Source of the DNA: an uncultured Candidatus Saccharibacteria bacterium
GTDB taxonomy: Bacteria; Patescibacteriota; Saccharimonadia; Saccharimonadales; UBA7683
Reading direction: 5' to 3'
DNA: 41,475 bases
Assembly: GCA_964448015.1 (NCBI GenBank)
Contig: CAYUUV010000001.1
Coordinates: 13,147 to 54,621 of the forward strand
Shown here: one piece after another, positions 1 through 8,187 of the stretch
Layout of the letters: each line of letters starts with the position of its first letter
How positions within the stretch are numbered: the first letter of the stretch is position 1
Notes under the pieces: model-generated
Database searches by the model: none
Seen by the model: only the letters and a program-made list of their open reading frames with translations
What the model was told of the DNA's origin: nothing
Translations under genes and position numbers: made by a program

Positions 1-28
1 CCCAAATAAATTTTCATAACAAATCCCC

Positions 29-471
29 AGTAGTTAGTAGTACGCGGTAAGTAGTACGCATTATTTTTTCTCCTTTAATGATCTGATTAGTCCTGTGATT
101 ATTTTATGGACTACCACGGACTGCTCTGCAAGTGATGCGAAAACTTCATTCTTAAGATATCCGACGTCTCGAGCAATCAATAACTGGTTTTGCACCTCCG
201 TTGCTGAACCGTGTGCCATTACATAAAAATGTATCTTATCGGCACGGGTTTGACGGCTGAAACCTTCCGCAATATTAGAAGTGATTGATACTGCAGCTCT
301 TCTAATTTGACTGGTTAATCCAAACTGTTCAGTCCGAGGAATTTTCTCAGTTGCTTTGTATACATTTATGACCAAACAATGCCCCTCTTGCCACGCCTTC
401 AAATCAGTAAACTTTTTTATTTGCCCCATTCCCTGCCCCCGCTTACTACTTGCTACTTACTTCGTGCTACT
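29..471. repeat. Imperfect inverted repeats (arms 29-60 and 440-471) bracketing the first four-helix-bundle gene
   Basis: Left arm AGTAGTTAGTAGTACGCGGTAAGTAGTACGCA. The reverse complement of the right arm is AGTAGCACGAAGTAAGTAGCAAGTAGTAAGCG. About 22 of 32 positions match by hand alignment, and both arms are built from AGTAG-like words. The right arm runs into the gap stop codon. Confidence 0.55.
61..429 (-). CDS. Four-helix-bundle protein (23S rRNA intervening-sequence protein / Avd-like family)
   Basis: 122-aa ORF. The pattern ...QIRRAAVSITSNIAEGFSR...FY..A.GS..E...QL..A is typical of this family. Confidence 0.8.
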   Translation of the reverse strand: MGQIKKFTDLKAWQEGHCLVINVYKATEKIPRTEQFGLTSQIRRAAVSITSNIAEGFSRQTRADKIHFYVMAHGSATEVQNQLLIARDVGYLKNEVFASLAEQSVVVHKIITGLIRSLKEKK

Positions 472-1492
472 TTTTTAGCGCTTTGCCAATATCAACTGTT
501 AATTCAACCAAGCGGTTAGAATAACCCCACTCGTTGTCGTACCAGGCTACAACCTTCAGAAGATTGCCGCCAACGACATTGGTAAGATTTAAATCAACAA
601 CTGATGAATGGCTGTTACCGATAAAGTCGGATGAGACCAGTTCTTCTTCAGTAACGCCAAGAATACCTTGATAAAAGGGTTCCTGGGCAGCTTTTTTAAA
701 TACTTCGTTAACTTCTTCTTTGGTGACGTCTCGTTTGGTGACTACCACGAAGTCTGAAAGAGAAACGACCGGAGTTGGAACGCGCACACTTAGGCCGCCA
801 AAGACACCTTCAAGCGCTGGTAGTGCCTTGGCTGCGGCGATTGAGGCACCGGTGGTAGTAGGCACAATATTTTCTGCGGCCGCGCGTGCTTCGCGAAGAT
901 CCTTCGCTGGCGCATCCTGCAACTTCTGGCTAGCAGTGTAGCTGTGCACGGTGGTCATCATAGCTTTTTCAATACCAAAGGCAGATTCCAATACTGCCAT
1001 CACTGGCGTAATACAGTTAGTGGTGCATGAGGCGTTACTGATTACGTCACCGACCGCTGCGATTTTATCGTCGTTCACGCCAAGTACAATCGTATCTGCA
1101 CCCTCGCCCTTGGCAGGAGCTGAGATGACCACTTTTTTAGCACCGCCACCTTCGACGTGTGCCTTCGCAAGAGCTGGATCCACAAAGAATCCAGTTGATT
1201 CAATCACGACATCAATATCATGAGCACCCCACGGTAGACTGGCTGGTTCTTTTTCGGCAAACACATGTATTTTTTTACCGTCTACAATAATACTCTCATC
1301 ATCTGCGTCGATTGTTTCATACCAATCGTGGCCCGGATAGTTCGAATCGTATTTTAAAAGATGCGCCAGTGTTTTGTTATCGGTCAGATCGTTAATTGCG
1401 ACAATCTCGACATCATTACGAGCATGTAAAATCTTAAATGCACTCCGGCCAATACGACCAAATCCGTTAATTGCTACGCGTACTTTACTCAT
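467..1492 (-). CDS. gap: Type I glyceraldehyde-3-phosphate dehydrogenase
   Basis: 341 aa. N-terminal INGFGRIGR Rossmann motif, active-site SNASCTTNC, C-terminal WYDNEWGYS. SD GGAGG lies upstream of the ATG. Confidence 0.95.
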   Translation of the reverse strand: MSKVRVAINGFGRIGRSAFKILHARNDVEIVAINDLTDNKTLAHLLKYDSNYPGHDWYETIDADDESIIVDGKKIHVFAEKEPASLPWGAHDIDVVIESTGFFVDPALAKAHVEGGGAKKVVISAPAKGEGADTIVLGVNDDKIAAVGDVISNASCTTNCITPVMAVLESAFGIEKAMMTTVHSYTASQKLQDAPAKDLREARAAAENIVPTTTGASIAAAKALPALEGVFGGLSVRVPTPVVSLSDFVVVTKRDVTKEEVNEVFKKAAQEPFYQGILGVTEEELVSSDFIGNSHSSVVDLNLTNVVGGNLLKVVAWYDNEWGYSNRLVELTVDIGKALKK

Positions 1493-1507
1493 CTTACCTC
1501 CTTTTTA

Positions 1508-1536
1508 TGTCATCCTGAACGTGCGTCAGAATCCCA
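1508..1536. repeat. Single palindromic unit of the TGTCAT...ATGACA family, in the gap 5' leader
   Basis: TGTCATCCTGAAcgtgcgTCAGAATCCCA. The reverse complement reads TGGGATTCTGA-cgcacg-TTCAGGATGACA, the same ends and stem style as the units at 17915-18175. Confidence 0.6.
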
Positions 1537-1557
1537 TCACATTGATACTCAGATCAG

Positions 1558-1585
1558 TATATACCGCTCATGCTTTTATTGACAA
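1558..1585 (-). promoter_or_regulatory. Candidate sigma70-type promoter for gap
   Basis: Minus strand TTGTCA, 16 nt, TATATA, about 65 nt upstream of the gap ATG. Confidence 0.35.
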
Positions 1586-1598
1586 GTGGTAATACGCA

Positions 1599-2396
1599 CT
1601 AGACGTCTTGCAAGGCTTTTGCAACAAGTGCACCACACTCACTGGCAATAGCAGTATTTGTAACGAGAGAGCTAAGATTTGCCCAATTCCACGTGGCCTC
1701 ACCAGGAGTTTGTACGACACCACCCGCACCATCAACCAGTATTTGACCCGGAAGATAATCGTACAGCTGACCATAGCCGTTAATTTGAATTCGCCCTTCG
1801 GTAGCTCCCCGTATCACTTGCGTCATTCCAAAGCCCGCACAAGCGGCAATCTTTTGATTAGTGTAAATACGGCTATCAATTGCCTGCATAACAGCAGCCC
1901 GCTCTGGTAAATCTCGCTTCATTTCAAACTCAATAATTGCCCGACTTATGGGGCGGTTACTGACGCGAGTAGGCCTACCGTTAAGCTGCGTGGATTCATC
2001 CGGCAAACGCGTGAACAGCTCATCAGTTGCATAGTTATAGATCAATGCCGCCCGTGGGATGCCCGCTGACACAAACGCAAGCATGCAGGTGTAAAATGGA
2101 TTGCCACGTACATACTGCTCGGTGCCGTCTATTGGATCAATGGTCCAAAAGTTTGATGTGTCACCTGCTACGCCGTATTCTTCACCATAGATACCGACAC
2201 CACCATCTAGGCCAGTGAGTATTTCACGAATATCAGCCTCAACCCGACGATCGTAGTAAGTCACAACTGACTCATCTTCTTTGTGTGCACACTCTGCCTT
2301 ACCACCACTACCAGCCCCTACTTCAGCACGAATACCACGCAGATAGTCTGCAACATCATCTAACGCACGCTTGGCATAGATACTTTCTATATTCAT
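1599..2396 (-). CDS. Inositol monophosphatase family protein
   Basis: 265 aa with the motifs YGEE and WTIDPIDGT. SD AAGGAG upstream of the ATG. Confidence 0.8.
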   Translation of the reverse strand: MNIESIYAKRALDDVADYLRGIRAEVGAGSGGKAECAHKEDESVVTYYDRRVEADIREILTGLDGGVGIYGEEYGVAGDTSNFWTIDPIDGTEQYVRGNPFYTCMLAFVSAGIPRAALIYNYATDELFTRLPDESTQLNGRPTRVSNRPISRAIIEFEMKRDLPERAAVMQAIDSRIYTNQKIAACAGFGMTQVIRGATEGRIQINGYGQLYDYLPGQILVDGAGGVVQTPGEATWNWANLSSLVTNTAIASECGALVAKALQDV

Positions 2397-2476
2397 ACAC
2401 TCTCCTTATACTGAATCTCAGCTCTTTGAATTGTCTACTGATGATAATGGCAAAACTATGACCAGCTATGGCCGAT

Positions 2477-3082
2477 TTATTTTTTAGCGATAATATGTAA
2501 CCACTTCGCATTGTTACGACCAAGCTCGCCTTCTTGAGAACTTATATCATGAAAGCCCGCCCTCGCTAACACACCTTTGATTACTGCATCTTCCCAATAA
2601 CAGAAGTATCGAGCGGCGCCAAGCTTTGCATCTGACCACTCCTCGCCAGTTCCTTGCTTGAGACTAAAAGAAAATAGTCCTCCTGGATTCAGAGAGTCGT
2701 TCACCTTCCTGATGACCGCCTGAACTTCCTCACGATTGAAATGTAACAGTACGGCATTAGCAAATACCAAATCATATTTTTCTTGAATAGCATCCTCGAG
2801 AATATTCAGTTGTCTCGCCTCATGACCCTGTTGTTGTAGATATTCCACAAACCCCAATGTTGCGTCTGAACGTTCAACGCTATACCCTTGAGATTCTATG
2901 TAATTTGCATCCCTCCCGAACGCATAACCAACTTCTAATATTCGTGCTGCCGGGGATAAATTGAGTAGCGTAGCGTCGATCCAAGTCTTTACATCGCCCG
3001 TCACATCTTGAGGGGTGCCGTCTATATATTGAGTGATGTGTGCCTCGTATGATGCAAGTGTTTTCTTATTCGTCTCGCTCAT
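2477..3082 (-). CDS. Class I SAM-dependent methyltransferase
   Basis: Motif I-like ILEVGYAFGRD and post-I DLVFANAVLLH. The start was moved to the ATG at 3082 (MSETNKK); the longer track ORF overlaps the ppa 3' end. Confidence 0.75.
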   Translation of the reverse strand: MSETNKKTLASYEAHITQYIDGTPQDVTGDVKTWIDATLLNLSPAARILEVGYAFGRDANYIESQGYSVERSDATLGFVEYLQQQGHEARQLNILEDAIQEKYDLVFANAVLLHFNREEVQAVIRKVNDSLNPGGLFSFSLKQGTGEEWSDAKLGAARYFCYWEDAVIKGVLARAGFHDISSQEGELGRNNAKWLHIIAKK

Positions 3083-3614
3083 CGCACTGTTCTTGCCAGC
3101 GAGCCTGGCATTCTTTAATGGTTGCTTTGGCATCTTCTACACCACCCCAGCCGAGTACTTTGGTTGAGCCTGGTTTTTTAAGATCTTTGTAGTGAGTGAA
3201 GTGGTGTTCAATCTGTTCCAATGTACGTTTTGGGAGATCATCGAGGGAATTGATTGCATCTCCAGTATGACGATCATCAGCAGGCACAACCACTACTTTA
3301 TGATCCATCTCGCCGTCATCTTCAAAATTCATAATACCGATGATCTTGGCCTCAAGTACAATACCTGTGGCAATTGCTTCATCACAGAGAATAAGTGCAT
3401 CAAGTTCATCACCGTCATCGTCCAGCGTCTGTGGGATAAAGCCATAGTTACATGGTTTTGCAAAAATTCCGGGCTCTACGCGATCCAATTTAAATACTTT
3501 GTCGTTACGATCCCATTCAACCTTCAGTTTAGAGCCAAGACCAATTTCATTCACAACAGTGATCACGCCACCATCAACATCACCTGCATCAAAAATATCA
3601 TTAAAATCCGCCAT
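3066..3614 (-). CDS. ppa: Inorganic pyrophosphatase
   Basis: NYGFIPQT, DGDELD and HKVVVVPADD motifs. The start was set to ATG 3614 (MADFND), which is preceded by GGAG. Confidence 0.9.
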   Translation of the reverse strand: MADFNDIFDAGDVDGGVITVVNEIGLGSKLKVEWDRNDKVFKLDRVEPGIFAKPCNYGFIPQTLDDDGDELDALILCDEAIATGIVLEAKIIGIMNFEDDGEMDHKVVVVPADDRHTGDAINSLDDLPKRTLEQIEHHFTHYKDLKKPGSTKVLGWGGVEDAKATIKECQARWQEQCDERDE

Positions 3615-3724
3615 CGTACTCCTTTCAATAGTCTGATTCAATTCTAACAGATTCCGATATCTTTTGATATTCGATATTTTCAAGGACACTCCTTGCAACA
3701 AGGAGTGTCCTTGTATAATACGTT

Positions 3725-3886
3725 TTACTGGCTGGTTTCGTCGTAGATGCGCTGGGCTTTGGCGAGTGGTTCGGTCATGGTTTTTTCAGCCATAGTGCGA
3801 ACCTGTGCCGCCGTTGTGGTAACCATATGAATAACAGTAACCATGAATGATGTGATGACGGTCAGTGTAATTAGTTTGCTCAGCAT
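3725..3886 (-). CDS. Small hypothetical membrane protein (53 aa)
   Basis: One hydrophobic helix (LITLTVITSFMVTVIHMV). The GGAGGAGG SD sits just upstream of ATG 3886; the MGGGGGY start in the track is a translation of that SD. Confidence 0.45.
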   Translation of the reverse strand: MLSKLITLTVITSFMVTVIHMVTTTAAQVRTMAEKTMTEPLAKAQRIYDETSQ

Positions 3887-3918
3887 ATAGCCTCCTCCGC
3901 CACCCATTATTGTTGTGT

Positions 3919-4890
3919 TTATGATCGGGCGTGTTCTTCAATATATTCGCGGATTTTCAGCGCGGCAGTCGCGCCTTCACCGACAGCTGAAGCAATTTGC
4001 ATGGTCGCACCGCTTCTGACATCACCGCTGGCAAATACACCCGAAATGGCAGTCATTAGATTTTCGTCTGTTTTAATAAATCCGGTTTCATCCAGCTCCA
4101 CCTCGCTATCTTGTAAGAAACCGGTGTTTGGCAGCAACCCAACAAAGACGAATACGCCATCGGTTGGAAACTCTACCTTTTTTCCATCTTTGGTGCCAAT
4201 AACTTTGACTACCTTGTTTTCTTCACCAACAATTTCATCGGTTGTTGTACCAATGTGCACGGTGATTTTGCCCGCCTCAATTGCCTGTTGCAGATCTTTT
4301 TGCAAGACCTCGCTTGCCTTCACGGTTGAGCGAACTAACAAATCAATATGGCTAGTGAAACGAGTGAGAAAGAGTGCTTCTTGAATTGCCGAATTACCAC
4401 CGCCAACCACCACCAGCTTTTTATCACGATAAAATGCGCCATCACAGGTCGCACAGTAATGCACGCCGCGGCCATAAAATTCTTCTTCGCCCGGTACGCC
4501 GATTTTTTTATAATCACTTCCTGTTGCAATCAAGACTGCTTTTGCACTGTAGACTTCATCCAGGGTATGTACCTGCACTGTGCCGTCATTTTGCGGGTTG
4601 ATCGATGCAACTTCACCGTAGCGAATATCCGCCCCAAATCGTTCAGCTTGTTTTTCCAACTTCTCGGCTAAATCTAAGCCAGTAACACCTTCCGGAAAAC
4701 CGGGGTAATTATCTACTTGGTCAGTAATTGCCGCCAAACCACCAACAACCCCTTTTTCCAGCAAGATAGTTTTAATCTCTTCACGAGTGGTATACACAGC
4801 TGCTGCCAAGGCTGAAGGCCCCGCGCCAATCATAATTACGTCGGTAGTCGTAGTAGTAGTTTTAGCTGCATTCATTGGTTCGTCTGACAC
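3919..4890 (-). CDS. trxB: Thioredoxin-disulfide reductase
   Basis: GAGPSAL FAD motif, redox-active CATCDG, GGGNSA NADPH motif. GTG start preceded by GAGGAGGAAGT. Confidence 0.9.
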   Translation of the reverse strand: MSDEPMNAAKTTTTTTDVIMIGAGPSALAAAVYTTREEIKTILLEKGVVGGLAAITDQVDNYPGFPEGVTGLDLAEKLEKQAERFGADIRYGEVASINPQNDGTVQVHTLDEVYSAKAVLIATGSDYKKIGVPGEEEFYGRGVHYCATCDGAFYRDKKLVVVGGGNSAIQEALFLTRFTSHIDLLVRSTVKASEVLQKDLQQAIEAGKITVHIGTTTDEIVGEENKVVKVIGTKDGKKVEFPTDGVFVFVGLLPNTGFLQDSEVELDETGFIKTDENLMTAISGVFASGDVRSGATMQIASAVGEGATAALKIREYIEEHARS

Positions 4891-4916
4891 ACTTCCTCCT
4901 CTTGGTAAGTTCTAAT

Positions 4917-5348
4917 CACTAAGCTCTAAATCCTAAACAATTCCAAACATCAAATGTTCAAAATGAAAAACTATTTGCTCTTTTCTATAATAGCACCAAA
5001 TATCTTCATGAGCTCTGTCGCCTCATTGATCAGTGCATCTGGTGCTTTGAGTAGCCGAAGCCATAAAATACTTTCTTTGGCTTCCTTGCGGCAAATTTTA
5101 ATCCGCATAACAAAGTCTTTTTTACTCAGTGCTTCATTCGCCTCTATATAATTTGCAGCAACTGAACCGGAAGAACGTATCACTTGCTTCACATCTTCTT
5201 GTTCTAGTCTGGCTTTTTTGAGTGCCACATATTCTCTAACTAATACCGCGAAATTGTATGTCCTCGCTTCAAGATCAAACCGCCTCTTTTGATCATTTGT
5301 CATTGTGATTTTGGTTCTTGTTTAGAGTTTAGTATTTCGTGCTTAGGG
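4917..5348. repeat. Imperfect inverted repeats (arms about 4917-4949 and 5304-5348) bracketing the second four-helix-bundle gene
   Basis: Left arm CTAAGC-T-CTAAATCCTAAACAATTCCAAACA. The reverse complement of the right arm is CTAAGC-acgaaata-CTAAACTCTAAACAAGAACCAAAATCACA. About 22 of 27 core positions match, with one bulge. Confidence 0.6.
4971..5303 (-). CDS. Four-helix-bundle protein (23S rRNA intervening-sequence protein / Avd-like family)
   Basis: 110 aa. ...IRSSGSVAANYIEA....S..DF..R..I..KEA.E...WLRLL is the family pattern. Confidence 0.8.
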   Translation of the reverse strand: MTNDQKRRFDLEARTYNFAVLVREYVALKKARLEQEDVKQVIRSSGSVAANYIEANEALSKKDFVMRIKICRKEAKESILWLRLLKAPDALINEATELMKIFGAIIEKSK

Positions 5349-5357
5349 CTTTCTCAC

Positions 5358-5609
5358 TTATGTGAGTGCTGGCATTAATTGACCAGGGTTGTACCCGGTA
5401 ATCACGCTCTGTGAACCAGTTGCGTCATCTTGGATAAGCGTTACAGGGACTCGTTGTTGACCGCTAAGTTGCAATACCTCTTGATGACGGTCTGGTGATT
5501 CATCAATATTTACTTCGTCGTAGGTATGACCTTTCATTACTAAAATCTTCTTTACCATCTTGCATTGTCCGCAAGTGTTCGAGGTGTAAATTGTAACTTT
5601 TTTAGACAT
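5358..5609 (-). CDS. Glutaredoxin-like (NrdH-like) small redoxin
   Basis: 83 aa. CGQC active site within a thioredoxin-fold pattern (TIYTSNTCGQCKMVK...RVPV). Confidence 0.75.
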   Translation of the reverse strand: MSKKVTIYTSNTCGQCKMVKKILVMKGHTYDEVNIDESPDRHQEVLQLSGQQRVPVTLIQDDATGSQSVITGYNPGQLMPALT

Positions 5610-5735
5610 ATCAGCCTTCCTGCTTTCATTTTATTTTCATTTAGATCTTTGATCTCTTGTACTTTCAAGCATACTGCTTATGGTGTAGGCGAGTCAATAA
5701 CCTACGCTATATATGTTGTTTATTTTACTGTTTTT

Positions 5736-6287
5736 CTATTTTACCTCTTTCAATTCAACAATAAACGCCAGTGGTCCAAATGGCCGGCCGCTGCCGTCGT
5801 CGGTATTGCCGTACGCCATTTCACCAGGAATCAATAACTTGACTGTTGAGCCTTGCTTCACGCCTGTCAGCCCCTTTGTCCAACCTTCAATGACGCCGCT
5901 GAGCGGAAAGTCAATTGGCGTCGCAGTATCACCCTTTTGTGTGCTATCAAAAATTTTACCATCACTTGTCCAGCCAAAATAATTTGCGCTGACTGTTGAC
6001 TCGGCAGTTGCTGCTGGGCCATCACCTTGTACTATTGTTTCGACTTTTAATTCCGTAACAGCCGCCTTGTCAAACGGTGTCGCCTCATGCCCTGCAAGTG
6101 GTTCTTTTTGCACAGCTTCCTCCTGATTCTTTAGTTGCTCTTGTAATTGTTTCTGCAAATCATCAGTACTGTTTGTACTATTGTTTTGCACAAAAAACAT
6201 CACTGTAATTGCTACAGATGAAAATAGAATACCGGCAACTGCCAGTAAAAGAAGTGCACGCTTTGCATGCTCTTTGACCTTACCCAT
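5736..6287 (-). CDS. FKBP-type peptidyl-prolyl cis-trans isomerase with N-terminal membrane anchor
   Basis: The C-terminal FDS...P..F.LG.VI.GW..GL.GMK.G....L.IP...AYG pattern is present. Start set to ATG 6287. Confidence 0.85.
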   Translation of the reverse strand: MGKVKEHAKRALLLLAVAGILFSSVAITVMFFVQNNSTNSTDDLQKQLQEQLKNQEEAVQKEPLAGHEATPFDKAAVTELKVETIVQGDGPAATAESTVSANYFGWTSDGKIFDSTQKGDTATPIDFPLSGVIEGWTKGLTGVKQGSTVKLLIPGEMAYGNTDDGSGRPFGPLAFIVELKEVK

Positions 6288-6408
6288 AAAACTTTTACCC
6301 TCCACCTATCTCTTTTTATCAAAGATATTTTTAATATACTACCCTCTTTTAACGAAAACAACTCTTGACATTCATGTACTGATATCTTTTCCTGGCATTA
6401 CAGAGGTC

Positions 6409-8187
6409 TTATGCGGCGATCTCGTAGTTCTTGAGCTTCTTCTTGGTGGTTTCGTCTGTCTTGTTTTGCAGCTTAAGAAGCTGTGCGTAAATACCGTTTG
6501 TTTTGGCAAGTTCGCTTGGCGCGCCCACTTCGTCAACTCGACCTTTTTTGAGGGTAACTATCTGATCAACCTCGGCGATGGTTGAAAGGCGATGCGCAAT
6601 AATCAGGGTCGTGCGGCCTTTCATGAGCTTTTCAAGTGCAGCCTGTACTTCGTGCTCTGATTTACTATCAAGGCTTGAGGTTGCTTCGTCTAAAATTAAA
6701 ATAGGCGCATCTTTGAGCAGTGCCCGTGCAATTGCAATTCGCTGTTTCTGTCCGCCAGAAAGCTTCATGCCTCGTTCGCCAACAAGTGTACCTAAACCGT
6801 CTGGCAATTTCTGAACGAACTCCCAGGCGTTAGCCGCTTTGGCAGCTTTTTCAATATCTTTGGTTGTTGCGTTTGGCCTTCCGTAGGCTATATTTTCTCT
6901 AACCGTACCGCTAAACAAGGTTGCCTCTTGAAACACCACGGCTATGTTTTCGCGCAAACTCTTCTGAGTGACAGTTGTAATATCCGTACCATCAATTAAA
7001 ATGTTACCTGATTGCGGATCATACAGCCGCAGCAACAGATTTGTGATGGTTGTTTTGCCTTCTCCACTTTCACCAACCAAGGCAAGTTTACTGCCCGCCC
7101 GCTGCTCAAAGTTCACGTTCTTTAAAACAGGCTGTTTGTTTTCATAGGCAAAACTAACGTCGTGAAATGTGACGGTGCCTTCAGAAACCTTTAGTCGTGA
7201 GGCACTTACAGCATCAATGATGTCCGGCTGCTCGCTCATTGCTGCAAAGAAATCCTTGCTGTCGGCAATTGCTCGTTGGGTATTATCAACCAACCAGCTC
7301 ATGCTGAAAAGTGGCAAACGAATCAAAACTCCGTACTGAATCAGCAGCACCGTTTCACCGACCGTGAATTTGCCATTGGCGGCTTCCCAGAATATATAGG
7401 CATACACAAAGCCGAAAATAACGTTCAGAACAAGTCGGCGGTAGACATCTTCTTTGTGCCACAAAAGCGACTGCGGATAGGTTGTCTTCACTGTTCTGTG
7501 CATCATTTTAGAAAAGAATGAAGCCTCAGATTTTTCAGAAGTATAACTTTTGGCGACTTTTATCTGGCCAACCACTTCAGCGAAGCGACCGCTGGCAATA
7601 TCGGTATTTTCATTAATATCTTGTTGATATTCCTGCCACTTTTTACTGGTTCGCGAGGTAAACCACAGCACTATTGGGTAGAGTGAAAGAAATAGCAGCG
7701 CAACAACCCAGCTATAACGCGCCACCACAACCAGAGTAAATACGGTACTTAAAATAAACTGTAAGAAGTTGTTACCGAACATATTTACGAACTGTGTCAG
7801 GCCGTAAATTGAACGGTTGAGCCGGCTGATAATCTTGCCTGTCAGTTCCGTTGAATAATAACGCTGACTGAGACTGAGCAGGTGTTCGTAGTACTTTGTC
7901 GAAAGAAAGTGCCGCAACTTGGCCGACATAATATCACCGTAATACCCTGAGATATTGCTGATAATGGTCGAACCAGCATCAGTCAAAAACAGTATGAAAA
8001 CGATCACCAGCACCGGCATCAATTCACTGTGACCACCAACAACACTGGGTAGTCGATCAATCGCCATTTTGGTTAAAATTGGCTGTGTTTGGTTCAGTAA
8101 AGCAATGGCCACCGAGCCAAGCGAAACGCCCAGGTAATACGGCCACAAATGCCGCGCAAATTTAAAAATCTGTCCAATACTCTTCAT
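6409..8187 (-). CDS. ABC transporter, fused permease/ATP-binding protein (exporter type)
   Basis: 592 aa. Six-helix N-terminal domain, Walker A GESGEGKTT, signature LSGGQKQR, Walker B ILILDEATS. The start overlaps the pheT stop by 1 nt (TAATG). Confidence 0.9.
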   Translation of the reverse strand: MKSIGQIFKFARHLWPYYLGVSLGSVAIALLNQTQPILTKMAIDRLPSVVGGHSELMPVLVIVFILFLTDAGSTIISNISGYYGDIMSAKLRHFLSTKYYEHLLSLSQRYYSTELTGKIISRLNRSIYGLTQFVNMFGNNFLQFILSTVFTLVVVARYSWVVALLFLSLYPIVLWFTSRTSKKWQEYQQDINENTDIASGRFAEVVGQIKVAKSYTSEKSEASFFSKMMHRTVKTTYPQSLLWHKEDVYRRLVLNVIFGFVYAYIFWEAANGKFTVGETVLLIQYGVLIRLPLFSMSWLVDNTQRAIADSKDFFAAMSEQPDIIDAVSASRLKVSEGTVTFHDVSFAYENKQPVLKNVNFEQRAGSKLALVGESGEGKTTITNLLLRLYDPQSGNILIDGTDITTVTQKSLRENIAVVFQEATLFSGTVRENIAYGRPNATTKDIEKAAKAANAWEFVQKLPDGLGTLVGERGMKLSGGQKQRIAIARALLKDAPILILDEATSSLDSKSEHEVQAALEKLMKGRTTLIIAHRLSTIAEVDQIVTLKKGRVDEVGAPSELAKTNGIYAQLLKLQNKTDETTKKKLKNYEIAA

